A DNA stretch of 64,000 nt from positions 5,499 to 69,498 of the forward strand of contig JANXMB010000143.1 in the NCBI GenBank assembly GCA_025354865.1. The letters run 5' to 3'. Numbering within the stretch: position 1 is the first letter of the stretch; the number at the start of each line of letters is the position of its first letter. A program made the position numbers and the translations under genes. Origin of the DNA: Acetobacteraceae bacterium. GTDB lineage: Bacteria; Pseudomonadota; Alphaproteobacteria; Acetobacterales; Acetobacteraceae. Of this stretch, positions 39,321 through 53,692 are shown one piece after another. The notes below the pieces were generated by a model. The model searched no databases and had not been told where the DNA came from. It was given only the letters and a program-made list of their open reading frames with translations.

Positions 39321-40706
39321 ATGCTCAGCGCCTGCTTCTACATTTTCGCATGGGCCGCGACGTTGGTGGACCAGTTCGCCGGTTTGCCTGCGGTCGGCAA
39401 CGCCGCCGGGTTGGCGATCCTGGCCTTTCTGGTGCGGGAATTCCCCAACCAACGGCGCTACGCCCAGGTGTTGTTCCTGGTCATGGTCGGGGCCGGCATC
39501 GCCGGGGTGGCTGCAGCGGCCGACCCGCTCGGGGCGTTCCTGGGCGGTTGGCGACGCGGCGCTGCCTATGCCGCGTTCTTCCTGGCGCTGACCGCCTTGC
39601 GCGACGCGGCCGAAACCAGCCGGCTGGTGCGCCGCTGCGGCCAGCATCTGGTCGGCCAACCCGCCGGCCGCCGCTACGCCGCGCTGACCGGCGGCGGACA
39701 CGTGTTCGGCATCATCCTCTCCTATGGCGCGATCGACCTGCTCGCCGCGATGGTAGGCCGAGCGAATCGGGGCGGGTCGGTGGAAGATCGAGCGCAGCGG
39801 GGGCGGCGCATGTTGATGGCGATCAATCGCGGTTTCTGTGTGATGAACTGCTGGAGCCCGCTGAACATCATGACCGCCGTCGTCTCCACCGCCGTACCGG
39901 CCGCACCGATGGGCCTGCTGCTGCCGGTCGCCTTCGTCGCGTCCCTGGCCTTCATGGGCCTGGGTTGGCTGGAGGATTTCCTGTCCGCACCGCGCGGCAG
40001 CGGCGCGCCGCCGGCAACGACCGAGGGCTGGTCGATCCACCTGCGCATCGTCGCCCTGGTGGCGCTGGTGATGCTGCTGGCCGAGGCCGGCAGCGCCGCG
40101 CTACGGGTGTCGCTGGTCGCCGCCGTGACAGCATGCGTGCCGCTGGTCGGCCTTGTCTGGACCGTCCTGCAAGCCTGGGGCTTCATCGCTCGGCCCGGCA
40201 CCCCGCTGCGCGTCGTCGCCGTTCTACGCCGCCGCGCTGCACGCTACTGGCCGAAAGTGCCGGGTTTCCGGGGGGAGGCAGCGGTCCTCGCCAGTTCGGG
40301 ATTCATCGGCGCGACGATCGGCGGCATCCTGCCCGCCGACGCGTTGGCGCCCGTGCTGGCACACCTGCCGCCGATCGCGATCCCGATGCTGGTGCCGGTG
40401 CTGCTGATCGCCACCGGGCAGATCGGGCTGAACCCCATCGCCGTCGTCGCCCTTCTCGGCGCCGCGCTGCCCGACCCCGCGCGGCTGGGTGTCCCGCCGG
40501 CCGCGTTGGCGTTCGCTTGCATGCTGGGTTGGGGGTTGGGCGTGGGCATGACGCCGATGTCGGCCTCGGCCATCGTCACCGCGCGCTGGGCCGGGGTATC
40601 GCCCTTCACCATCTGCACCCGCTGGAACGGACCGTACACGCTCGTGGCCCTGCTGGTGGGATGGACAGCGATCGCGGCGATGCATCGATTTTTTCTGCCG
40701 GTGTAA
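39321..40706 (+). CDS. polytopic membrane protein, possible ion-transporter-superfamily permease
   Basis: 461 aa with at least 10 hydrophobic segments. Two candidate re-entrant loop motifs (NCWSPLNIM and GMTPMSASA) lie in the two halves. Family assignment is inference only. Confidence 0.55.
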   Translation: MLSACFYIFAWAATLVDQFAGLPAVGNAAGLAILAFLVREFPNQRRYAQVLFLVMVGAGIAGVAAAADPLGAFLGGWRRGAAYAAFFLALTALRDAAETSRLVRRCGQHLVGQPAGRRYAALTGGGHVFGIILSYGAIDLLAAMVGRANRGGSVEDRAQRGRRMLMAINRGFCVMNCWSPLNIMTAVVSTAVPAAPMGLLLPVAFVASLAFMGLGWLEDFLSAPRGSGAPPATTEGWSIHLRIVALVALVMLLAEAGSAALRVSLVAAVTACVPLVGLVWTVLQAWGFIARPGTPLRVVAVLRRRAARYWPKVPGFRGEAAVLASSGFIGATIGGILPADALAPVLAHLPPIAIPMLVPVLLIATGQIGLNPIAVVALLGAALPDPARLGVPPAALAFACMLGWGLGVGMTPMSASAIVTARWAGVSPFTICTRWNGPYTLVALLVGWTAIAAMHRFFLPV

Positions 40707-40763
40707 ACGATTCGTTAACTTTTCTGCGCCAATCTGCGCCGATCCGTCGGAAAGCAGATCGTT

Positions 40764-43154
40764 ATGCAGCGTGTCGTCCCAAGCCTCGCGATCTTTCGCA
40801 ACCTACCCATCGCCTGGAAACTGGCCTTCATGCTGGTATCCGGCCTAGCGATGCTGGCAGGCTTGTCCTGGTTCGCACTCGACCGGCTGATCGTCGTCGG
40901 CGGATTGCAGGATACCGTGGTCGCGCAGGCGGCATTGGGGCGGCAAATGCAGCAGGGCCTGCTGGCAGCCACGGATCTGCGGGTGGTGAGCCGGGAATTG
41001 CCGCTGCAACAAACCATCGGCATGGTGAATCGGGTCGCGGAAGGCGCCGAGAAATCCGCTGCCGTAGCACGAGAAACCATCGAGCAAGCGCGTAAAGCCG
41101 CGACGACCGACGCGGATAGGCAGGGTTTGACCCAGGCCCTTGCTCAACTCGATGCAACGGCCGCCGCCGTGCGGCACGAAGCCACCCTACGCAGCGAAAT
41201 GCTGACTGTACGGCAAAAACGGCTGTTCCAGAACCGGTCTTTGTTTGAATCGGCGACGAAATCGTTCGCCCAGGAACTGAGCAGCGGCAGCGTCTTGTTG
41301 GGCGGCGCCGATGCCGTGCGATCCGACGGCGTGCAGGCCGTCGCCGCGCGTGGCGACCCGGTCTATCAGGCATTCGAAACCTACCGACTGGCGACCGCGC
41401 GGATGCAAGCGGCGGCGGTGATGTTCATGGCGACCGGCAATGGCGCGGCCGCCAACGAGGTCCGCGACAGCGCCGACGAAGCCGAAAAAGCCATGGCGCG
41501 CATTCTGTCCAGCGACACGCCGGAGGCGTTGAAAGCCAGCGCCGGCACCGTCCGCACCATCGGCACCGGGATCGCCCAGGCCGCGCTGGACCTGATCGAT
41601 CGATCCAAGCAACTGGACGCCGTCGCCCGCGACGAGGTCGAGCCCGCCAACCTCGCCATGCAGAAAACGATCGGCGATCTGGTGCGCACGACGACGGAAC
41701 GCGACCAACGGGTCACCACCACCGCCAACGCGGCCAGAGCCGACGCCATCCAGGACATGATCCTGCTGATCGGCGCAATCGGCGCGCTGACGCTGATTGG
41801 GGGCATCCTGTTCGCCCATGCCATTGCCTCCCCCCTGCGCGGGCTGACCCGGGTGCTGCGCGCCATTGCCGAGGGCGACACCGCGACCGAGGTGCCCAAT
41901 CGCGATCGCCGCGACGAACTCGGGCAGATGGCCGTGGCGGTGGAGACGCTGCGCGGCGTCATGCGGCAGGCCTTCGTGCAGGGCCAGATGATCGAGCAGA
42001 TTCCGGTGCCGGTGATCACGGCCTCGGCCGGCGGGAATTGCCCGATCGGCTACATGAACGCCGAGGCAAAGCGCATGCTGACGCTGATCGCCGACCATTT
42101 GCCGGTTCCGCCGGATCGCATCGCCGGACAGTCGCTGGGCATTTTCTACCCCGATCCCGACGCCGAGCGGGCAATGTTGGCGGACCCCGCGCGCCTGCCG
42201 CATCGGCGGCGGATCGCGATCGGGGCGGAAACGCTGGAGTGCACTGCGTCCGCCATTCTGGACCGGCACGGTGCCTATGTCGGGCCGATGGTCGTCTGGC
42301 AGATCCTGACCGCCCAAACCCGTTTGGCCGCGCGGTTCGAAGACAGTGTCGGCGCCATCGCAACGGCGGTGGGCGATTCAGCCGACGCCATGAAACACGC
42401 CGCCGTCACCATGACCGAAGCCGTCGAGGAATCCGGCCATCGGCTCGGCGCTGTCTCCGGCGCATCCGATCGGGCATCGGGCAATGTCAGCGCCGCCGCC
42501 GCCGGGGCCGAGGAACTGGCCATGTCGGTCGCCGAAATTGGCCGACAAGTGGGAGAATCGACCCGCATCGCCAATCAGGCGGTGCGCGAAGCCGATGCCA
42601 CCGACCGCTGCGTCAGCGGCCTGAGCGAGGCGGCCGAACGCATCGGCGATGTCGTCCGCCTGATCGGCGATATCGCTGCCCGCACCAACCTGCTCGCGCT
42701 GAACGCCACAATCGAAGCCGCCCGCGCCGGAGCGGCCGGGAAGGGCTTCGCCGTCGTGGCCAGCGAGGTCAAAACCCTGGCGACGCAAACCGCGAAAGCC
42801 ACCCAGGAGATCGCCGCGCAGATCGACGGTATGCGGCAAAGCACCGGGCAGGCGGTGGAGGCCCTGCGCGGCATCGGCACGACGATCCAACGCATGAACG
42901 AAATCGCCACCACCATTGCCGGCGCGGTGGAAGAACAGGGCAGCGCGACCAAGGAGATCGCCCGCGCAGTGCAACAGGCTGCGGACGGGACGCGCGAGGT
43001 GAACGAAAACATCGCCGTGGTCGGTACGGCCGTCGGCAACACCGGCACCCAGTCGTCCCTGGTCCTGGGGGCCGCGACACATCTGAGCGAACAATCCGCG
43101 ACCCTGAAAGTCGAGGTGCGGGACTTCCTGGCCTCGATGCGGGAAGCGGCGTAA
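40764..43154 (+). CDS. methyl-accepting chemotaxis protein (periplasmic sensor, HAMP, PAS-like, MCP signalling domain)
   Basis: Two TM segments flank a ~290-aa helical sensor. HAMP ([16 protein letters not shown]). PAS-like segment. Highly conserved hairpin tip [31 protein letters not shown]. Confidence 0.9.
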   Translation: MQRVVPSLAIFRNLPIAWKLAFMLVSGLAMLAGLSWFALDRLIVVGGLQDTVVAQAALGRQMQQGLLAATDLRVVSRELPLQQTIGMVNRVAEGAEKSAAVARETIEQARKAATTDADRQGLTQALAQLDATAAAVRHEATLRSEMLTVRQKRLFQNRSLFESATKSFAQELSSGSVLLGGADAVRSDGVQAVAARGDPVYQAFETYRLATARMQAAAVMFMATGNGAAANEVRDSADEAEKAMARILSSDTPEALKASAGTVRTIGTGIAQAALDLIDRSKQLDAVARDEVEPANLAMQKTIGDLVRTTTERDQRVTTTANAARADAIQDMILLIGAIGALTLIGGILFAHAIASPLRGLTRVLRAIAEGDTATEVPNRDRRDELGQMAVAVETLRGVMRQAFVQGQMIEQIPVPVITASAGGNCPIGYMNAEAKRMLTLIADHLPVPPDRIAGQSLGIFYPDPDAERAMLADPARLPHRRRIAIGAETLECTASAILDRHGAYVGPMVVWQILTAQTRLAARFEDSVGAIATAVGDSADAMKHAAVTMTEAVEESGHRLGAVSGASDRASGNVSAAAAGAEELAMSVAEIGRQVGESTRIANQAVREADATDRCVSGLSEAAERIGDVVRLIGDIAARTNLLALNATIEAARAGAAGKGFAVVASEVKTLATQTAKATQEIAAQIDGMRQSTGQAVEALRGIGTTIQRMNEIATTIAGAVEEQGSATKEIARAVQQAADGTREVNENIAVVGTAVGNTGTQSSLVLGAATHLSEQSATLKVEVRDFLASMREAA

Positions 43155-43173
43155 CGCGCAGCCGAACCGTTGG

Positions 43174-46782
<3,609 letters not shown>

Positions 46783-46868
46783 TGGGGGCTCCGCATTGCC
46801 GGCGCATCTGGACAGCGGGTTGCGGTCGGGCGCAAGCCCCGGGGCGACGGCTATTTGGCGACGACTGT

Positions 46869-48125
46869 TTAACGCCCGAAGGCGAAATCCGCCGCGCGGA
46901 CCGACGGTTCCTGCCCCAGCAGCAGTTCCGTTGTCAGTCGCGCGGTGCCGCAGGCGAGGGTCCAACCCAGGGCGCCGTGGCCGGTGTTGAGGAACAACGC
47001 GGGGATCGGCGATGGACCGACGATCGGCCGGCTATCGGGCGTCGCCGGCCGCAGCCCCGCCCAGCCTGTCGGATCGGAATCGAGATCGACGTCCAGCGCA
47101 TCGGCCGTGCCTCGGCGCACCGCGTCCAACCGCTTGGGATCGATCCGGCGATCGTCGCCCACCAGATCGGCCACGCCGGCGGCGCGGATGACCGGACCGT
47201 CCGGCCGATCGAGCGGGGCGAAAACGATCTTGCGGTCGGCGTCGGTGACCGAGTGCCGCAGGGCAGCCGAGCGGTCGCGCGGGCGAAAGGTGAAGCTGTA
47301 GCCTTTCATCGATTGGATCGGCAGGCGAAATCCGCAGGCGCGGGCGAAGGCGGCCGACCCGCTGCCCAGGCATAGCACGAAGCAATCGGCCGCAATCTCG
47401 GTGTCGTTCGCGCGCACCGCCACCAGTTTTCCGCCGCGCAAGACCGGCTCGACCCGGCTGCCGAGCGCGAAGGATATGCTGTTGCGCTGCGCCAACTTCG
47501 CCGCCAACCCCTCGCAAAAAGCCGCACTATCGCCCAGTTCCTCGCTCGGTGTGTAGACACCGCCGTGCAACACGCCGGGTGCGATGCGCAACCCCGGCTC
47601 CTGCTGCAAGCACGCCGCGCCATCCAGCACGATCTGCTCGGCGCCCACCTTGCGCTGGCGTTCGGCCTGCCGGCGGGCGGCGGCGAAACTATTCGCCTCC
47701 CGGTAGACGACCAGCTTGCCCGCGACGCGGCGATAGAAATGCAAGCCCGCTGCGGCTTCGAGGCGATCGAGTTCGGTCCGGCTCAAGGCCGCGAGGGCCA
47801 ATTGCGCCACCGTCGTTTCCCGTTCCATCCGCCCGGTGCAGGCACGCAGGAACGCAAGGTTCCAGCGCAGGAAATCCAGATCGAAACGCGGTGCGATGCG
47901 GATCGGGGCGGCGGGATCGAGCAGCAACGCGGGCAAATGGCGCAGCGTATCGGGGGATGCGAAGGGTGCAACGAAATTGTAGCTGAGCTGGGCGCCGTTG
48001 CCGGCCGAGGCACCCTGTCCCGGTTTTGTTTCGGCATCGGCGATAACCACCTCGCACCCAGCCTCACCGAGGGCCCAGGCGGTCGCAAGTCCGACCACGC
48101 CGGCGCCCAATACACAAACGCGCAT
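46869..48125 (-). CDS. FAD-dependent oxidoreductase (D-amino-acid dehydrogenase DadA-like)
   Basis: ORF trimmed to the ATG at 48123-48125. [30 protein letters not shown] is a GxGxxG Rossmann N-terminus. DAO-family length. Confidence 0.85.
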   Translation of the reverse strand: MRVCVLGAGVVGLATAWALGEAGCEVVIADAETKPGQGASAGNGAQLSYNFVAPFASPDTLRHLPALLLDPAAPIRIAPRFDLDFLRWNLAFLRACTGRMERETTVAQLALAALSRTELDRLEAAAGLHFYRRVAGKLVVYREANSFAAARRQAERQRKVGAEQIVLDGAACLQQEPGLRIAPGVLHGGVYTPSEELGDSAAFCEGLAAKLAQRNSISFALGSRVEPVLRGGKLVAVRANDTEIAADCFVLCLGSGSAAFARACGFRLPIQSMKGYSFTFRPRDRSAALRHSVTDADRKIVFAPLDRPDGPVIRAAGVADLVGDDRRIDPKRLDAVRRGTADALDVDLDSDPTGWAGLRPATPDSRPIVGPSPIPALFLNTGHGALGWTLACGTARLTTELLLGQEPSVRAADFAFGR

Positions 48126-48240
48126 TTTGCGTTCCACTTGTTGCTATCGGGCATTTCGTCATCGCCGCACATTGCGTGTCAATCCGAATAAAGCGTTGAC
48201 CCCTGTTGGGCAGGGCGGTATGCGCGTTGTTCGACCCTGA

Positions 48241-49161
48241 ATGGAGAATTCCGTGCGCATATTTTCGCGGTTGGCATTGCTGAGCCTTGCTCTCGTCGTG
48301 CCCGGCATCGCCCAGGCACAAAGCGGCGGGACGCTCCAGAAAATCAAGGAAACCGGCACGGTCGCCATCGGCTACCGGGAAAGCTCGGCACCGTTCTCGT
48401 ATCTGGACGACCATCAGAAGCCGGTCGGCTACGCGATGGATATCTGCATGAAGGTGGTCGAAGCGGTGAAAGCCGAACTGAAGCTGCCGAACCTGAAGGT
48501 GGAGCTGACGGCGGTGACGTCGTCGAACCGTATTCCGCTGATGGCGAACGGCACGATCGATCTGGAATGCGGCTCGACCACCAACAACGTCGATCGGCAG
48601 AAGCAGGTCGCCTTCACCAACACCCACTTCCTGACCGCATCGATCTTCGTCGCGAAGAAAAGCGCCGGTGTGCACAAGATCGCCGATCTGAAGGGCAAGA
48701 CGGTCGTATCCACCGCCGGCTCGACCAATATCGGCCAGCTCAACAAGGCGAACGCCGAGCAGAATCTGGGGATCAACATTGTGCCGGGTAAAGACCATGC
48801 AGAAGGGCTGCTGATGGTCGAAACCGGGCGCGCGGCGGCGTTTGTCATGGACGACGTGATCGTCGCCGGGCTGGTGGCGGCCGCCAAAGACCCGGCCGTG
48901 TTCGCCGTCGGGGACGAAGCCTTCTCCAAGCCCGAACCCTACGCGATCATGCTGCGCAAGGACGATCCGTCGTTCAAAGCGCTGGTCGATGCGACAACGG
49001 CTCGGGTCTACAAGACCGAGGGTGAGGCGCTTTACGCCAAATGGTTCACCAAGCCGATCCCGCCCAAGGGCATCGTCATGAACCTGCCGCTGAGCGCGGC
49101 GATGAAGAAAGCGCTGCAAAACCCGTCCGACAACGCCGATCCGGCCAGCTACGGCAACTGA
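48241..49161 (+). CDS. gltI: glutamate/aspartate ABC transporter substrate-binding protein
   Basis: Signal peptide. Close resemblance to E. coli GltI as I remember it (GYRESSAPFSY, NRIPLMANGTIDLECGSTTNNVDRQKQVAF). Confidence 0.9.
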   Translation: MENSVRIFSRLALLSLALVVPGIAQAQSGGTLQKIKETGTVAIGYRESSAPFSYLDDHQKPVGYAMDICMKVVEAVKAELKLPNLKVELTAVTSSNRIPLMANGTIDLECGSTTNNVDRQKQVAFTNTHFLTASIFVAKKSAGVHKIADLKGKTVVSTAGSTNIGQLNKANAEQNLGINIVPGKDHAEGLLMVETGRAAAFVMDDVIVAGLVAAAKDPAVFAVGDEAFSKPEPYAIMLRKDDPSFKALVDATTARVYKTEGEALYAKWFTKPIPPKGIVMNLPLSAAMKKALQNPSDNADPASYGN

Positions 49162-49179
49162 CCAGCCCCGTCCAGCCGG

Positions 49180-49908
49180 ATGAACTATCACTGGAATTGG
49201 GGGATTTTCTGGGACGCATCGCCGGAAGGCGGCGGCACCTACGCGGATATGTTGGTCAGCGGGCTTCGGATCACCCTCGCGGTCTCCGTCCTGGCATGGG
49301 TCATCGCCCTCGGTATGGGCTCGGCGGTCGGCGTGCTGCGGTCCCTGCCCAATCCCTGGCTGAGGCGGCTGGCCAACACGTATATCGAGCTGCTGCGTAA
49401 CGTCCCGCTGCTGGTGCAGCTTTTCCTCTGGTATTTCGTCCTGCCGGAGGTGGTGCCCGAAGCCTGGGGCGACTGGCTCAAGTCCCTGCGCGACGCCCCA
49501 TTCTACACCGCCGTCATCGGCCTGGGCTTGTTCATGTCCGCCCGCGTGGCGGTGCAGATCGCGACCGGCATCGCCGCCTTGCCGCGCGGCCAGATGGCGG
49601 CGGGTCTGGCGCTGGGCTTCACCCTGCCGCAAACCTATCGTTACGTTATCCTGCCGAATGCCTTCCGGGTCGTGCTGCCGCCGCTAACCAGCGAAACGAT
49701 CAATACGATCAAGAATTCCTCGGTCGCACTGACCATCGGCCTTGCGGAACTCACGGCGCGGGCACGGGCGATTCAGGAATTCTCGTTCCAGGTTTTTGAG
49801 GCTTTTACCGCCGCGACGCTGATCTATCTGGCGATCAACACGATCGCGACAGTGCTGATGCGTCTGCTCGAACGGCGGATGCGCGTGCCCGGCTACGGGG
49901 CGAAATAG
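49180..49908 (+). CDS. gltJ: glutamate/aspartate ABC transporter permease
   Basis: HisM/GltJ-type polar amino-acid permease with an EAA-like loop. Follows gltI. Confidence 0.85.
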   Translation: MNYHWNWGIFWDASPEGGGTYADMLVSGLRITLAVSVLAWVIALGMGSAVGVLRSLPNPWLRRLANTYIELLRNVPLLVQLFLWYFVLPEVVPEAWGDWLKSLRDAPFYTAVIGLGLFMSARVAVQIATGIAALPRGQMAAGLALGFTLPQTYRYVILPNAFRVVLPPLTSETINTIKNSSVALTIGLAELTARARAIQEFSFQVFEAFTAATLIYLAINTIATVLMRLLERRMRVPGYGAK

Positions 49909-49909
49909 C

Positions 49910-50602
49910 ATGTTCGCGCATTTCGACTTCCAGGCGATCGTCCATGCCCTGCCCTATTTGTTCGAACAGGGCCTGGTCTTCACCCTCACGCTCACGATCC
50001 TATCGGCGATCGGCGGGCTGATCCTGGGCACGGCACTCGCGCTGGTGCGGATCGGCGGCGGACCGGTGCTCGCGACGATCGCCACCGGCTACGTGAACCT
50101 GATGCGCACCCTGCCGCTCGTGCTGGTGATCTTCTGGTTCTATTTCATGGTGCCCTATATCGGGCAGTGGCTGCTGCACGCGCCGCGACCGATCAAGGTC
50201 GGTGGATTTTCCTCCGCCCTGCTGACATTCGTCATGTTCGAGGCCGCCTATTTCAGCGAAATCATGCGCGGCGGCATCCAATCCGTCGCCCGCGGCCAAT
50301 ATGCCGCCGGCCTCGCGCTCGGCATGACCGGCGCACAGGCGATGCGCTACATCGTCCTGCCGCAGGTGCTGCGCACGATGCTGCCGGTTCTGCTGACCCA
50401 GACCATCGTGCTGTTTCAGGACACATCCCTGGTCTACGTGCTGTCGCTGACGGATTTCCTCGGCGCCGCGTCGAAGATCGCCCAACGCGACGGGCGGCTG
50501 GTCGAGATGTATTGCTTCGCCGCCCTGGTCTATTTCGCCATTTGCTTCCTGGCTTCGCTGGCCGTGCGGCGCCTGCAAAGCCGCGTGGCCATCATACGGT
50601 GA
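49910..50602 (+). CDS. gltK: glutamate/aspartate ABC transporter permease
   Basis: Second polar amino-acid permease ([17 protein letters not shown]). The ATG is 2 nt after the gltJ stop. Confidence 0.85.
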   Translation: MFAHFDFQAIVHALPYLFEQGLVFTLTLTILSAIGGLILGTALALVRIGGGPVLATIATGYVNLMRTLPLVLVIFWFYFMVPYIGQWLLHAPRPIKVGGFSSALLTFVMFEAAYFSEIMRGGIQSVARGQYAAGLALGMTGAQAMRYIVLPQVLRTMLPVLLTQTIVLFQDTSLVYVLSLTDFLGAASKIAQRDGRLVEMYCFAALVYFAICFLASLAVRRLQSRVAIIR

Positions 50603-50610
50603 CCTTTGCC

Positions 50611-51354
50611 ATGACCGACACGATCATCGCGCTCGAACACGTCGATAAATGGTACGGACCCAGCTTCCAGGTGCTGAAAGATTGCACCCTGGCCGTCCCC
50701 AAGGGGGAGGTCGTGGTGGTTTGCGGCCCATCCGGTTCCGGCAAATCCACGCTGATCAAATGCGTCAACGCGCTGGAGCCGTTCCAGAAAGGCGAAATCG
50801 TCGTCGATGGCATCCGGCTGCACGAAAAAGGCGTCAATCTGCCGAAGTTGCGTGCCCGGGTCGGCATGGTGTTCCAGCATTTCGAGCTGTTCCCGCATCT
50901 GTCGGTGCTGGAAAACCTCGATCTCGCGCAGATCAAGGTCCTCGGCCGCGGCAAGCAGGCGGCCCGCGCGAAGTCGGTCGCCTTGTTGCAGCGGGTGGAG
51001 CTTTCGGCCCATGCCGACAAATTCCCCGGCCAGTTGTCCGGCGGTCAGCAGCAGCGGGTGGCGATTGCCCGAGCACTGGCGATGGATCCGGTGGTGATGC
51101 TGTTCGATGAGCCGACGAGTGCGCTCGATCCGGAAATGGTCAGCGAGGTGCTGGACGTTATGGTGCAGCTTGCGCAGGAGGGCATGACGATGATGGTCGT
51201 CACCCACGAAATGGGCTTCGCCCGCAAAGTCGCGCACCGCGTGGTGTTCATGGATCGGGGGGAGATCGTGGTGGACGCCCGGAAAGACGCCTTTTTCGGC
51301 GATGTGGGCAACGAGCGCGCCAAGCAGTTCCTGTCGAAAATTTTGCAACATTAG
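50611..51354 (+). CDS. gltL: glutamate/aspartate ABC transporter ATP-binding protein
   Basis: ORF 50167..51354 trimmed to the ATG at 50611. Walker [10 protein letters not shown], signature [15 protein letters not shown], Walker [12 protein letters not shown]. Confidence 0.9.
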   Translation: MTDTIIALEHVDKWYGPSFQVLKDCTLAVPKGEVVVVCGPSGSGKSTLIKCVNALEPFQKGEIVVDGIRLHEKGVNLPKLRARVGMVFQHFELFPHLSVLENLDLAQIKVLGRGKQAARAKSVALLQRVELSAHADKFPGQLSGGQQQRVAIARALAMDPVVMLFDEPTSALDPEMVSEVLDVMVQLAQEGMTMMVVTHEMGFARKVAHRVVFMDRGEIVVDARKDAFFGDVGNERAKQFLSKILQH

Positions 51355-51445
51355 CGCGACGCAGGCGGCGGGGGATTGGATCAACGCTGGCGTCGGGGGC
51401 GGCAGAGGATTAAACCGCCGACACATGATCGAAGGTGTTGGCACG

Positions 51446-53029
51446 ATGCGATTTGCGAAACTCCTCCTGGCGGCGTGCGTCGCCGCTGTCCCCGCTTACG
51501 CGCAGCAACCGAAAAGCGGCGGCACATTCCACACCTATCAGCGGGACAACCCAGCGTCCGCTTCCATTCACGAGGAAGCGACCTACTCCACCAACATCCC
51601 CTTCATGGCGATCTTCAACAACCTGATCGTCTACAAACAGGACGAACCGCGGAACACCGATGCGTCCATCGTGCCGGAATTGGCGACGTCCTGGAGCTGG
51701 AGCGCCGATCGCACCGCACTGACCTTCAAGCTGCGCGAAGGTGTGCAGTGGCACGACGGCAAGCCGTTCACCGCCGCCGACGTGAAGTGCACCTTCGACC
51801 TGATTCAGGAGAAGGGCACTCAGAAATTCCGGAAAAACCCGCGCAAGCTGTGGTACCAAAACGTCGAATCCGTCACCGCCACCAGCCCGCAGGAAGTCGT
51901 GTTCAAGCTTGCTCGGCCGCAGCCCTCGCTGCTGGCGCTGCTCGCGTCCGGCTATACCCCGATGTATCCGTGCCATGTCGCCCCGGCGCAAATGCGCACC
52001 AACCCGGTGGGAACCGGCCCGTTCATGCTGGCCGAGTTCAAGACGAACGAGTTGATCCGGCTGGTGAAGAACCCGCATTACTGGAAGCCGGGTCGGCCCT
52101 ACCTCGACGCGATCGAGATGCCAATCATCGCCAACCGTTCCACCGCCATGCTGGCGTTTCAGGCGGGCAAGCTGGACATGACCTTCCCGACCGAGGTCAC
52201 GGTGCCGCTGATGCGCGATATCAAAGCGCAACTGCCCAAGGCCGTGTGCCATTTCGGCCCGATGAACGTGAATGAAAACCTGATCGTGAACCGGGAGAAG
52301 CCGCCGTTCGACAACGCGGATATCCGGCGGGCGATGGCGCTGTCGATGGATCGCAAGGCTTTCATCGATATCCTGTTCGAAGGACAGGCCGATATCGGTG
52401 GGTCCCTGCTGCCAGCGCCGCAGGGCGTTTGGGGCATGCCGGAAGCGGCCATGCGCGACATGGTCGGCTACAATCCCGACATCGCCAAAAACCGCGCCGA
52501 GGCCCGGGCGATCATGGAAAAACTGGGCTACGGGCCGTCCAATCGCCTGAAGGTGAAGGTTTCGACCCGCAACATCCCCGCCTATCGCGATCCCGCCGTG
52601 ATCCTGATCGACCACCTGAAGGAAATCTACATCGACGGCGAGCTCGATCCGGTGGACACCAGCCTCTGGTTCTCGAAGGTCGCGCGCAAGGACTATGCCG
52701 TCGGCCTCAATCTGACCGGCAACGCGGTGGACGATCCCGATCAGGCGTTCTACGAGAATTACGCCTGCAAGTCGGAGCGCAACTACTCCGAATACTGCAA
52801 TCCGGAACTGGAAAAGCTGTTCGACCAGCAATCGGCCGAAGTGGATGTCGAAAAGCGCAAGCAGCTGGTCTGGGACATCGATCGCCGCATCCAGAACGAC
52901 GTGGCCCGCCCGATCATCCTGCATATGCGCGGCGGCACCTGCTGGGCGCCGGAAGTACACGGGTTCACGCCGATGGTGAATTCTTCGTACAATGGCTACC
53001 GGTACGAGGATCTCTGGCTGGATCGGTAA
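51446..53029 (+). CDS. ABC transporter substrate-binding protein, family 5 (peptide/nickel type), orphan
   Basis: ORF 51302..53029 trimmed to the ATG at 51446. Signal peptide MRFAKLLLAACVAAVPAYAQ. Family-5 SBP size and pattern. No cognate permease or ATPase genes adjacent. Confidence 0.8.
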   Translation: MRFAKLLLAACVAAVPAYAQQPKSGGTFHTYQRDNPASASIHEEATYSTNIPFMAIFNNLIVYKQDEPRNTDASIVPELATSWSWSADRTALTFKLREGVQWHDGKPFTAADVKCTFDLIQEKGTQKFRKNPRKLWYQNVESVTATSPQEVVFKLARPQPSLLALLASGYTPMYPCHVAPAQMRTNPVGTGPFMLAEFKTNELIRLVKNPHYWKPGRPYLDAIEMPIIANRSTAMLAFQAGKLDMTFPTEVTVPLMRDIKAQLPKAVCHFGPMNVNENLIVNREKPPFDNADIRRAMALSMDRKAFIDILFEGQADIGGSLLPAPQGVWGMPEAAMRDMVGYNPDIAKNRAEARAIMEKLGYGPSNRLKVKVSTRNIPAYRDPAVILIDHLKEIYIDGELDPVDTSLWFSKVARKDYAVGLNLTGNAVDDPDQAFYENYACKSERNYSEYCNPELEKLFDQQSAEVDVEKRKQLVWDIDRRIQNDVARPIILHMRGGTCWAPEVHGFTPMVNSSYNGYRYEDLWLDR

Positions 53030-53108
53030 CACCCTGGGGCGGGGGGCGAACATCCCCCGTTCCATCCTCGCGCGGGAAGCCGTAAACTCCCCGCAGGAGG
53101 ACCCACCG

Positions 53109-53678
53109 ATGAACCCTGATAGCATCGCCGCCTTGAAGCGCCCGACCGGCCTACCGTTCCGGATCGGCAAAATCGGCCATATCGGCATCTATGCCCAGGA
53201 CCTCGAACGATCCGCGCGGTTCTATACCGAGGTATTGGGCTTCCAGGTGACCGACATCATCGCACCCGGCGGGCCGCTGCCGGGGGGCGCCGTGTTCCTG
53301 CGCTGTGCCACCGACCATCATGCCATCGCATTGTTCCAGGCGACCGAGGCCAACAAGGCCGGCGGCAGCCTGCACCATATCGCGATGGAAGTCGCGACCC
53401 TCGACGAACTGATGCGGGTGCGCACCCATCTGCGGGACCACCAGGTGCCGATCGACCTGGACGGGCGGCGCGGTGCAGGGGTGCAGTTGGTGGTCGAATT
53501 CCGCGATCCCGACGGACACCGGTTGGAGATTTACTGGAATATCGACCAAATCGGCTCCGATGGACTCGCTCGGCCGGCCGAGCAGTGGAAATCGGTCGAT
53601 AGCCTGGAGGCGGCGATCGCCGATCCCGTTCTCGGGCAGGACACCACGCTGCACGACCTTGCGTCGGCGCAGCACTGA
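53109..53678 (+). CDS. VOC-superfamily protein (glyoxalase/extradiol dioxygenase fold), paralog 1
   Basis: ORF 52992..53678 trimmed to the ATG at 53109 (AGGAGG upstream). Metal-ligand pattern GHIG...HHIAMEV...EFRDPDGHRLE. Confidence 0.8.
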   Translation: MNPDSIAALKRPTGLPFRIGKIGHIGIYAQDLERSARFYTEVLGFQVTDIIAPGGPLPGGAVFLRCATDHHAIALFQATEANKAGGSLHHIAMEVATLDELMRVRTHLRDHQVPIDLDGRRGAGVQLVVEFRDPDGHRLEIYWNIDQIGSDGLARPAEQWKSVDSLEAAIADPVLGQDTTLHDLASAQH

Positions 53679-53692
53679 AAAGGACCGCCGCC

